Below, one piece after another: positions 19,687-28,290 of a DNA stretch of 64,000 nucleotides. The stretch covers positions 11,596-75,595 of the forward strand of contig CAYPEN010000004.1 in the NCBI GenBank assembly GCA_964409875.1, read 5' to 3'. This DNA is from an uncultured Gammaproteobacteria bacterium (GTDB lineage Bacteria; Patescibacteriota; Microgenomatia; Levybacterales; GWA1-39-11). Numbering within the stretch: the stretch's first letter is position 1; each line of letters opens with the position of its first letter. The position numbers and the translations under genes were made by a program. The notes beneath the pieces were generated by a model, which was not told the DNA's origin, did no database searches, and saw only the letters and a list, made by a program, of their open reading frames with translations.

Positions 19687-20571
19687 ATGGAAACAGAAAG
19701 CAGCGGAGTGGACATCCGGAAAAATGGCTGGATTGGAAAGGACGTTTCACTTACTCGTAATACACTTATTAATCCTCATCAGGTGGTTATCGCAAGGCTT
19801 GCCGCCCACCCCGGTAGTTTTCCTCCTGAAATTCCCGAAGAAGATGAAAGTAGATTTTCACCTTCTCTTCGCAGCCGCTATGCTCAATCAGGACTGCATG
19901 GTGCAAATTTCGCATCAGCTATTGCTGTTGATTCATATCTGAATGCAATGGATCAGGATAATTTTGAATTTCAGTTCCCGCTTACCAATCTGATAGACGC
20001 ACCGATTTTTTTAGAAAAAAATACAAAACTATTGCGATTTTATATCCCCCCTACGGAATTTATAGGAAATGGCGAGCTGTTAGAATTGGTAGCTAATAAA
20101 GAGATACATATAGATGGTAAAAAAGGGGTAGATTGGGAGTATGTATATAAAAAAAATTTAACACAAAAAGCTGAGGATATCATAGGAATTGCATTAAAAA
20201 TAAAAGATGAGGAAAGAGGATATATCCCAGAATCACGTGAACCAATATCAATCAGCGGTACTGAAAAACATTACAGGGCTGAAATTGATCGGTTTCTCCG
20301 CCCTATTTCAAAACGAATTAATCCTCAAATACCTACTCTTTGGATTGGCGAAACCGTTCCGTTATTCTTAGGTAAAAAAATTGCAGGAGAAATTGAACGC
20401 AATGCATACCCCGGTTTTGTCGAAAATGCATTAAAAGAAACAACCGGAGAACATATCAATTCCAGACTTATTGACCCATCTACAGGATGGCCTATACGGG
20501 TTGAAATATTTAGTCCCACAGAGGGAAGTTATGTTGCTGATTGGGTTGTTTTCCGTTTTTTCAACCAATAA
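19687..20571 (+). CDS. Hypothetical protein, possibly a divergent dCTP deaminase/dUTPase fold
   Basis: LRSRYAQSGL and HINSRLIDPSTGWPIRVEI resemble dCTP deaminase motifs (RSSxARxG; HxxAxxIDPGxxGxIxLE). Confidence 0.5.
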   Translation: METESSGVDIRKNGWIGKDVSLTRNTLINPHQVVIARLAAHPGSFPPEIPEEDESRFSPSLRSRYAQSGLHGANFASAIAVDSYLNAMDQDNFEFQFPLTNLIDAPIFLEKNTKLLRFYIPPTEFIGNGELLELVANKEIHIDGKKGVDWEYVYKKNLTQKAEDIIGIALKIKDEERGYIPESREPISISGTEKHYRAEIDRFLRPISKRINPQIPTLWIGETVPLFLGKKIAGEIERNAYPGFVENALKETTGEHINSRLIDPSTGWPIRVEIFSPTEGSYVADWVVFRFFNQ

Positions 20572-20618
20572 AACGCAATTTTTTAAGGAGGGAGATGTGA
20601 GGAAGATATACTCATATT

Positions 20619-20786
20619 TTAGAATGTTCTTAAATTATTCGCGTTCCAATGATTGATGTGTTTTGGAAGCCGAATTGCTTCCATTTGTACCATCTCTTTC
20701 CACATATCATATTCCAGACCATTCGTACTATGTCTTTGACTTGTTTTCTCTTTTGCTCCCAAATGCAATTTTTTTAAATGTAACAT
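20619..20786 (-). CDS. Uncalled 55-aa small protein MLHLKKLHLGAKEKTSQRHSTNGLEYDMWKEMVQMEAIRLPKHINHWNANNLRTF
   Basis: Translated by hand; strong SD GAAAGGGGGTGA 6 nt before ATG; tandem CRP-like boxes upstream. Confidence 0.6.
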   Translation of the reverse strand: MLHLKKLHLGAKEKTSQRHSTNGLEYDMWKEMVQMEAIRLPKHINHWNANNLRTF

Positions 20787-20839
20787 GTTTGTTCACCCCC
20801 TTTCTTGTTGCTATTATTTGCTTTTGGTGTGTCAACTTC

Positions 20840-20878
20840 AGTGAGTATTCTTACACTTTTTGTGTGAACTTCATTACA
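20840..20878. promoter_or_regulatory. Tandem CRP/FNR-family boxes
   Basis: AGTGA-N6-TTACA (20840-20855) and TGTGA-N6-TTACA (20863-20878), 23-bp period. Confidence 0.65.
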
Positions 20879-20953
20879 CTTCTGAGGTTAAAATAGTGCT
20901 TGTCAGGATAATGTCACGGTCACGTGGCTCAGTGCATCTGATATAGTAAAACT

Positions 20954-21619
20954 ATGGAAAACATTACTTGGTTCGGACATGCGTCTTTTAGCTTCCTCGA
21001 TATACAAAGCGGTAAAAAGATTTATTATGTAGACCCTTTTCATCTCCCAACAGATACTTCAACGGGCCAAGTGGACAAGGCCGATATAATTTTTATAACT
21101 CATGCTCACCCTGACCATCTTTCCCCACCTGACATTACGATTTTGTTAAAGGAGGATACTGTAGTAGTTGCAACAGAGGATAGTCTAAAGACGCTTCAAA
21201 TTTCGCAAGAAAAATTTCCTGTCACTCCCAACAACGAATATTCTGTAAAAGATTTCTCCTTCAAAACCGTACCTGCATATAATACTAATTCTTCACGTCC
21301 ACACAAAAAAGAATACGGATGGGTTGGATATATATTTTCAATAAATGGGTTGAAAGTGTATCACGCAGGAGACACTGATTATATTCCCGAAATGGATAAT
21401 TTGAAGTCTGAAAATCTTGATATTGCCTTCCTTCCTATTGGAGGAACGTATGTTATGACACCTGACGAAGCAATTGAGGCTGCTAATGCAATTTCTGCTA
21501 AAAAAACAATTCCGATGCACTACAAAATGCTTTTGGGGGATAAGACAAAAGAGGGTGAAGAGCTATTCAAAAACGGTGTTACGAACTCGGAAGTGATATT
21601 TCTTGAGGAATTCAAATAG
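20954..21619 (+). CDS. MBL-fold metallo-hydrolase
   Basis: WFGHASF, ITHAHPDHL (HxHxDH), YHAGDT, IPMHY. Confidence 0.9.
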   Translation: MENITWFGHASFSFLDIQSGKKIYYVDPFHLPTDTSTGQVDKADIIFITHAHPDHLSPPDITILLKEDTVVVATEDSLKTLQISQEKFPVTPNNEYSVKDFSFKTVPAYNTNSSRPHKKEYGWVGYIFSINGLKVYHAGDTDYIPEMDNLKSENLDIAFLPIGGTYVMTPDEAIEAANAISAKKTIPMHYKMLLGDKTKEGEELFKNGVTNSEVIFLEEFK

Positions 21620-21628
21620 AAATTGTTT

Positions 21629-22252
21629 CTATTTAAAGCTTATGCGAGGATAAATCTCAGATTTAATTTTCTCAAAACTCTCTGCTGAGCCTCCATTATA
21701 ATATCCAATTACGTAAGAATATGTATCACCAAGAACCACCTGTCGATAAGCCCACATAAAATTACCTTTTGACGAATCCGGTTCCAAATTATATGAAGTT
21801 TTATTTCCTATCGTTTGTGTTTTCACAACAAGTTTATTCTTGTAGTCTGGAAGATTTTTCGTTAGCCATTCATCAATTGTGGACTCTTTTTGGTATACAT
21901 CTATTGGTATTCCATCCCAAAATTTACCAAACCTTTTAGAAAAATCTGGAGGGTATATATACACATTAATCCTTGTAATGATATTTTTGTCGTACAACCG
22001 AAGACTATCATCTCGCTTTAGTTGTCCGCTCCAACCGTTAGGAAGATCAATTCTTACTCCAAAGTTAAAAATGTCAGAACCAGAGATGTATTTTGAACCT
22101 TCAATAGGTGTTGTAGGGCTTGGGGTTATTCTATTTTGATTAATTGATATTTTTTGTTTGAAAGAGTATGTAAATACGCCGATTAGCAAACAGAGGAATA
22201 TGACGATAATAAATGGTGCTGAGCTTTGTGAGCGATGCTCTTTTAATGCCAT
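21629..22252 (-). CDS. Membrane-anchored hypothetical protein (PsbP-like extracellular domain possible)
   Basis: N-terminal TM, TPSPT linker, FGVRIDLPNGW. Confidence 0.65.
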   Translation of the reverse strand: MALKEHRSQSSAPFIIVIFLCLLIGVFTYSFKQKISINQNRITPSPTTPIEGSKYISGSDIFNFGVRIDLPNGWSGQLKRDDSLRLYDKNIITRINVYIYPPDFSKRFGKFWDGIPIDVYQKESTIDEWLTKNLPDYKNKLVVKTQTIGNKTSYNLEPDSSKGNFMWAYRQVVLGDTYSYVIGYYNGGSAESFEKIKSEIYPRISFK

Positions 22253-22255
22253 AAG

Positions 22256-22948
22256 TTATGGAGATACTTCAACGCTCGTCATTTTGTCGCCGACAGCGAT
22301 TTTGTGGACGACATCCATCCCTTTTGTGACTTTTCCGAAGATTGTGTAATTTTTGGGAAGCGTGTCATTATCAGCAAGCATGATGAAGAACTGTGAGCCG
22401 TTGGTATTGGGTCCCCGGTTGGCCATCGCGACAACTCCTTCTTTGTACCCTTCTTTATATGAAGCGGTTGAAGGAATAAGTTCATCATCAAAAGTAGGTC
22501 CGTAAATGGAATATCCGCCGGTTCCATTCCCATTTGGGTCTCCTCCTTGGATTACAAACCCTGGTTCTACCCTATGAAAAGTAAGGCCGTTATAATATCC
22601 TCTTTTTGAGAGGGTCGCAAAATTTTTAACGGTCTTTGGCGCATCGTCTGGGTAGAATTGTACCTCAATGTCTCCTTTTAGAGTGTGGATTATGCCAGTT
22701 GCTGCTGAGACTATATCACTTTGTGCAACAGTTGGCGCAGCCGTTGGAGACGCATTTGCATGCGGGGCAGCTGTTGGTTGTGCCGCAAGTGGACTTTGTG
22801 TTGTATGAAGGTTGATGTCAATTGGGGGAGTCGGGGTGAGGTCTCCGAGTGCTGATAATGGATTTTTGCCATCTGCCCTAGTGAATACGACTATAAAAAC
22901 TGCTGTTAAGAGGAGAATTCCGATGATAACAAAAGGTACCTTGCTCAC
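22256..22948 (-). CDS. Membrane-anchored cyclophilin-type peptidyl-prolyl isomerase
   Basis: YNGLTFHRVEPGFVIQGGDP, AMANRGPNTNGSQFFI, YTIFGKV. Confidence 0.95.
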   Translation of the reverse strand: MSKVPFVIIGILLLTAVFIVVFTRADGKNPLSALGDLTPTPPIDINLHTTQSPLAAQPTAAPHANASPTAAPTVAQSDIVSAATGIIHTLKGDIEVQFYPDDAPKTVKNFATLSKRGYYNGLTFHRVEPGFVIQGGDPNGNGTGGYSIYGPTFDDELIPSTASYKEGYKEGVVAMANRGPNTNGSQFFIMLADNDTLPKNYTIFGKVTKGMDVVHKIAVGDKMTSVEVSP

Positions 22949-22980
22949 GGGTTAGATTTTAACAGCAAGGAAAACAGAAT

Positions 22981-24108
22981 TCAATGGTTCTTGAAAGAGC
23001 CAAGCGAACCTATCGTTTCCGGATTTCCGATTGTGATTGTGCCAGGCATACCCCTATGGAGCCTGCTGTCACAAACCCTCCTCCTCTTTAGAAGTTTGAC
23101 AGTTCTATTTTCCTCCTCTATATACCAGTCGTTAGGGTAATATTCCCATTTTAAATGTTTTCCGCAGTCACCACAGCTTTCTTCAAGTTCAATTCTATTT
23201 CGTAAACCGCCCTTGTTGTAAGTATCAATTAGTAGTCTTTTTATTTGGCCGGGAGTTTGTGGGATTTGGAATTTATGTTCATCCGGATTATCACATTTAT
23301 GAACAGTAGTTGTTTCTCCTCTTAAGCCTCTTGTGACGGTACATAAACCATCCGTTATTGTTACGCCATTTAAGTCCTCAAGATTGGCAAGGGTTCGGGG
23401 GGCAAATGGGGAGGCTTTTGTTTCGGCAGTTAATCTAGTACTATCAACCGAAAGTCCAGTATTGCCTGCCATCTGAATCCTTCTGTTTGCAGTTTGTGCC
23501 CTTGCGCTCCATGAAAGGTCGGTAGGGCCGTGTTTTTTTTCTATTCTTCCAAGAGTAATAATTTTGTCGTCGGTTACTATTACAATCTCCTCATCTCCCT
23601 CCTTGTCTTTAACAAGTCCATGTTGAGTAAGCTGTTCTTTTCTCCAAGTGACTAGCGTGTCTCCTTTCTCTATCCTGTCTTCTACGATAACCACAAAGCC
23701 TAAATTCTGCTCTTGGATTCGTCTAAGATGGTCTCTAAAAAGCTTACGGGTTAACATGCGTGTCGCAACATCTATAACCTGGTCGTAATTGTCTTTTGGA
23801 CTTCTGGGACCGGTATGAATGATAACGGCGGGTACTTTTTGGGGTTCTGTTATTGGGCGCTCTCAATTATGCCCGTGTAATTGGACAGGATGACCCTGCT
23901 GGTCCAGCATAACAACTGTTCTGGGAAGATGATTGTCTGGTTTTTCAGGGTCTATTTTTGAAGCATCCATGTATACGACGTTGCCTGGGGGTAGTTGTTG
24001 CCATCGTCTATCACCCAGCAACAAATTTGGAAAGACAATTGGCTCCTGTGGTGAAAGGAGGAGATCGGGAGGATTTACTGGTTCCGATGCCTCAAAAGGC
24101 TCTGACAT
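22981..24108 (-). pseudogene. Single 375-codon frame interrupted by one in-frame TGA at 23863-23865 (ORFs 23863..24108 and 22981..23757)
   Basis: The intervening 35 codons are open and in the same frame; leaderless promoter TGcTACAAT-N6-ATG at the 24108 start; C-terminal CxxC. Confidence 0.6.
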
Positions 24109-24297
24109 AGTGACATTGTAGCACAGAGCAAAGATTTATCTATAATGGTGATATTTTTTATGTAAGTATTCATATAACTTTGATAAAAAGAATTTTGTTA
24201 AGTCTTCAAGCTGCTCCTTAAGATTTTCAATTTCCTCTAAGGCATAGGGTTAAGACTTGGTGATTATCAGATAGAAATTATAGTACTGGTTAGAATA

Positions 24298-25065
24298 TTA
24301 CTTTTGAGCGACGATGACGACGCGGTGGCGGGGCAAATCAATTCCTTTTGGTGTTGTAAATTTTTGGCAATATTCTTCTAGTTTTTTCATGTCCTTTACC
24401 GAATCAAAATCCGTAAAAATAGGAACTCCTTGTAGAAACAGATCTAGGTCATTTATTGTTTTGTAATATTCATTATATTTATAATCTTGTGCAAAAATTA
24501 TTTTAAATCCAGCTTCTTTTAAATCTTTTATATCTTTTTCTTTCTGAGAATTATTCCACTTTCCGTAATTTTGGCCTCTTCCAAAGACTTGTTTTAACTC
24601 CATCGTATCTTTCTCTCCAATATCAATCTCCAAATAATATCCGCCTTTTTTAAGAAGTCTAAAATATTCATCAAAATAGGTTGGCCCACGACGACAAAAA
24701 ATTATGTCAAAGGATTCGTCTTCAAAACTGGTTTGCTCTGCATTTTGCTCGTAAAAAAATACATTCGCAATGTTAAGTGATTTCTTTTTTTCATTTGCTA
24801 TTGATAATAGTTCGGAAGATGTATCAATGCCTGTTATTTCATCAAAATTCGGTGCTATTTCATAAGCAAATTTACAATCGCCACATCCAACATCTAAAGC
24901 TTTCTTATTACTTCCAGAAAGTTCCAAGAGTTTTTCTTTAAAGACTTGCTCGGGGTTAGCATTAGGATATTCGGATACCATATTGTAATTTTTATGAGCA
25001 TAACCATAGCCCCCAAATTTTTTAGCAACTTTGTTATAAAAATTTTCTTCGTTTTTTAATGTCAT
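24298..25065 (-). CDS. Class I SAM-dependent methyltransferase
   Basis: ALDVGCGDC, ITGIDTS, FEDESFDIIFCRRGP. Confidence 0.9.
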   Translation of the reverse strand: MTLKNEENFYNKVAKKFGGYGYAHKNYNMVSEYPNANPEQVFKEKLLELSGSNKKALDVGCGDCKFAYEIAPNFDEITGIDTSSELLSIANEKKKSLNIANVFFYEQNAEQTSFEDESFDIIFCRRGPTYFDEYFRLLKKGGYYLEIDIGEKDTMELKQVFGRGQNYGKWNNSQKEKDIKDLKEAGFKIIFAQDYKYNEYYKTINDLDLFLQGVPIFTDFDSVKDMKKLEEYCQKFTTPKGIDLPRHRVVIVAQK

Positions 25066-25071
25066 ATTTGT

Positions 25072-26163
25072 TTAAAAATTAATTTTCGGTGATTTTGTGA
25101 GACTTTCAATCCCGTCCATAGTTATAAGTACTGTGTCTTCAATTCTAATTCCTCCCAAGTTAGGGATATACACTCCAGGTTCAACGGTTACTATCATTCC
25201 CGGTTTAAGCCCGTCTTCGCTTAATGGAGAAAGGTACGGACTTTCGTGAACCTGGAGTCCAACACCATGCCCCAGCCCATGGGGAATATCAGAAAAACCC
25301 AAAGCGGAAAGATGGCTATTTGCAAGTTGGGCCGGCTTTTTTGGGTCAAAGTCGTCTTTCATGTGGGTTTTAAGTGAATCGAGCGCAATTTCCTGTGCCT
25401 TTTTTGTTGCGGTATATATCCGTGTTAATTCTTCACTAGGTGTTCCTATAAAAAAGGTTCGTGTCATATCTGAGCAATATCCATTAACTTTTGCGCCAAA
25501 ATCTAGAAGCACAATGTCATTTTGAGAAAGTACCGTATCATTTGACATATGATGAGGTATCGCAGAATTCTTTCCAAACGCGATTATTGAATCGAAAGAC
25601 AATTTTCCCCCATTATTCCGCATAAAATTTTCGAGTTTTGTTTTTACTTCTAGTTCCGTTTCCCCGACTTTGATGTCATCCCGAATGTATCCAAAAGCTT
25701 TGTCGGAAAGCGCGCATGCTTTTTTAATGTTTTCCACTTCGTCATTATCTTTTACTTCCCGAAGGTCTTCGACAATATCGAAAGTTGGAGTAAGTTCTGT
25801 ATTCGTTGCCTTTTCTTCGATATCTGCAATTTCTTTATAGGAAATATTATCTTCCTCAAATCCCATTGTTTTTACGATATTTGTTTGAAGATATTCGGTT
25901 AACGTTTTGATAAATGGGTTTTGAGAGGAAATTTCAGCAAGTGTCATAAAGGGTGCCGTATCTTTTACCATTTGTGTGTAGCGAGCGTCGGTAAAAAGCA
26001 TCGCGTCTGACTTTGTTACTAAAATCCGAGCCTCGCGTTCTTCTATAGAAAACGCATGAATACCGGTAAGATACGCAATGTTATAGGGGGAGGTTATGAG
26101 AAGTGCCTCGATGTCAAAATTGGAAAGTTCCGTCTGTAGTTGTTTTATACGACTTTCAAACAT
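25072..26163 (-). CDS. pepP: Xaa-Pro aminopeptidase (M24B)
   Basis: Creatinase N-domain, DFGA..GYCSDMTRT, HGLGHGVGL.VHE, TVEPG, GIRIED; start MFESRIK at 26163. Confidence 0.9.
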   Translation of the reverse strand: MFESRIKQLQTELSNFDIEALLITSPYNIAYLTGIHAFSIEEREARILVTKSDAMLFTDARYTQMVKDTAPFMTLAEISSQNPFIKTLTEYLQTNIVKTMGFEEDNISYKEIADIEEKATNTELTPTFDIVEDLREVKDNDEVENIKKACALSDKAFGYIRDDIKVGETELEVKTKLENFMRNNGGKLSFDSIIAFGKNSAIPHHMSNDTVLSQNDIVLLDFGAKVNGYCSDMTRTFFIGTPSEELTRIYTATKKAQEIALDSLKTHMKDDFDPKKPAQLANSHLSALGFSDIPHGLGHGVGLQVHESPYLSPLSEDGLKPGMIVTVEPGVYIPNLGGIRIEDTVLITMDGIESLTKSPKINF

Positions 26164-26211
26164 AGTTAATTTTAACAGAAGGCACCTAAAAATGAATGCT
26201 ATAATACCGTT

Positions 26212-26709
26212 GTGTCTGAGCGTAAAGTATACACTCCAACAAATTATATTGAGCAAGAGGTTATGTCCCCTGTAATTTTTCTTGCGGGTCCTATCCAGGG
26301 CACAGGCGACTGGCAAAGTGATGCGATCGATATAATTCACACTCAAAGACCCGACATAATAATTGCCTCTCCTAGAAGAGATTATCTTCCCGGTGATTTT
26401 GTTTACGACAGGCAAGTTGATTGGGAAACTTTTCACTTAAGAAAAGCAGGAAAAGATGGTACTATTCTATTTTGGCTTGCTAAGGAGTTAGACCATGATT
26501 GCAATAGAGCATATGCGCAAACTACCCGCGCTGAATTATTTGAATGGAAAGTTCGACATGAAAGGGATGGTGCGAAATTGGTTATTGGAATTGAGGAAGG
26601 ATTTTCAGGCGCAAAATATATCCAAAGAAGGTTTTCGCAGGATTGTCCTCAAGTGCCTATTCTTGAGACACTTATACAAACATGCCAATCTGCAATTAGT
26701 TTAATTTAG
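26212..26709 (+). CDS. Nucleoside 2-deoxyribosyltransferase-like protein
   Basis: VIFLAGPIQG..WQ, ASPRR, QVDWE, ILFW, TRAEL. Confidence 0.8.
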   Translation: MSERKVYTPTNYIEQEVMSPVIFLAGPIQGTGDWQSDAIDIIHTQRPDIIIASPRRDYLPGDFVYDRQVDWETFHLRKAGKDGTILFWLAKELDHDCNRAYAQTTRAELFEWKVRHERDGAKLVIGIEEGFSGAKYIQRRFSQDCPQVPILETLIQTCQSAISLI

Positions 26710-26755
26710 AAACTTTTGAGATTGACATAAAAAAGCAATTTCTTTATATTAAACT

Positions 26756-28285
26756 ATGATTGTTGTCGTAGACTTCGGTTCCCAGACCTCTCATTTAATA
26801 GCCCGCCGCATCAAAGATTTAGGTGTTCCTATAACAATAATTGAGCCAAAAAAATTCAGACCAAACATGTTGCCTGAGCCAGCGGGAATAATCTTGTCAG
26901 GCGGACCCGCATCGGTATATGAGGAAGGTGCTCCTACTATAGACCAATCAATTTTTTCTCTCGGTATTCCAATTCTTGGGATTTGTTATGGACTTCAGCT
27001 GATGTCACACCTTAATGGCGGGAAAGTAATTCAGGGAAGAAAGGAATACGGACCGGTTAGGGTTTCACTGACGTCTCGGGCGAAAGATGCCGCGTTCACC
27101 CATGGATTGTCACCCAAGTTTACTGCATGGATGAGTCATGGAGATGAAATCATAAAAGTACCAACCGGCATGAAAGTATTGGGACACACAAAGAACATGA
27201 AGTATGCAATTGTGGGGGATGTAAAGAGAAAAATTTACGGGCTGCAATTCCACCCAGAGGTAGAACATACGGATTTTGGTAATTTACTTCTTCGCAATTT
27301 TCTTTCAATCTGCGATGTCAAAACAACTTCCCAAACAATTGCAATACAAAGTCTTATCGATGAGATAAAAGAGACTGTCGGGGACAATTATGTAATAGGC
27401 GCAGTCAGTGGAGGGGTTGATAGTACTGTTGCTGCAGTTCTGACTGCAAAAGCGATTGGGAACAGATTTTATCCGATATATGTTGACAATGGACTTATGC
27501 GGTCTGATACGAAGGAACATGTTGAACGGATATTTGAGCATGTTGGAATAAAACCTATTATTGTTGAAAGTCGTGGAGAGATGCTTGTTTTGTTATCCGG
27601 AATTAAAGATAGCGAAGAAAAAAGAAAAGTTATCGGAAGGCATTATATCGAAGTTTTTGAAAGAGAACTTGATATGCTTGAGAAAAAAGGTATTAAGCCT
27701 GAATTTTTGATGCAGGGGACAATATACAGTGATGTTATTGAGAGCAAAGGGACAAAGCATGCCGCAAAAATAAAGTCACACCACAATGTAGGGGGTCTCC
27801 CAAAACATATGAAAATGAAACTTTTAGAGCCGCTTCGAGAATTTTATAAAGATGAAGTGCGCTCAATCGGATTAAAACTTGAATTGCCAAAGGAATTTGT
27901 CTACAAGCAGCCATTTCCAGGACCGGGGTATGCAGTGAGGATACGGGGAGTGGTCAATGAGAAAAGACTTGCTATGGAAGAAAAAGCAGACAGAATAGTC
28001 ATGGAAGAGTTGGGAAAAGCAAAACTTTTAGATAAGATATTTATCTCATTTCCTGTTTTGACGGGTGCGATGTCAACTGCTGTCAAAGGGGACGGGAGAA
28101 GTTTCTCAGAAGTTGTTGCGCTAAGAGTTGTAGAGTCGGCAGACGTTATGACGTCTACGTGGTCACGCCTTCCATATGATGTTTTGCAAAACATTTCATC
28201 AAGGATTGTTAATGAAGTGCCTGATGTTTCAAGGGTTGTATACGATATCTCCACAAAGCCCCCTGCGACAATGGAGTGGGAGTAA
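26756..28285 (+). CDS. guaA: GMP synthase (glutamine-hydrolysing)
   Basis: DFGSQ, LGICYGLQ, QFHPEV, SGGVDS, IKSHHNVGGL, KPPATMEWE. Confidence 0.98.
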   Translation: MIVVVDFGSQTSHLIARRIKDLGVPITIIEPKKFRPNMLPEPAGIILSGGPASVYEEGAPTIDQSIFSLGIPILGICYGLQLMSHLNGGKVIQGRKEYGPVRVSLTSRAKDAAFTHGLSPKFTAWMSHGDEIIKVPTGMKVLGHTKNMKYAIVGDVKRKIYGLQFHPEVEHTDFGNLLLRNFLSICDVKTTSQTIAIQSLIDEIKETVGDNYVIGAVSGGVDSTVAAVLTAKAIGNRFYPIYVDNGLMRSDTKEHVERIFEHVGIKPIIVESRGEMLVLLSGIKDSEEKRKVIGRHYIEVFERELDMLEKKGIKPEFLMQGTIYSDVIESKGTKHAAKIKSHHNVGGLPKHMKMKLLEPLREFYKDEVRSIGLKLELPKEFVYKQPFPGPGYAVRIRGVVNEKRLAMEEKADRIVMEELGKAKLLDKIFISFPVLTGAMSTAVKGDGRSFSEVVALRVVESADVMTSTWSRLPYDVLQNISSRIVNEVPDVSRVVYDISTKPPATMEWE

Positions 28286-28290
28286 GGGGT

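Noticed and set aside
20663-20896. 77-aa plus-strand hydrophobic ORF
   Set aside because: TTG start without SD; it overlaps the better-supported minus-strand micro-ORF and its operator boxes.
23863-23865. Genome-wide TGA recoding (code 25, as in Gracilibacteria/Absconditabacteria)
   Set aside because: Long conserved genes have no internal TGA, and genes such as mltG and the ECF sigma end at TGA.
26164-26436. 91-aa N-terminal extension of the aminopeptidase
   Set aside because: It overlaps the divergent gene at 26212, and a TGtTAAAAT-N5-ATG start exists at 26163.
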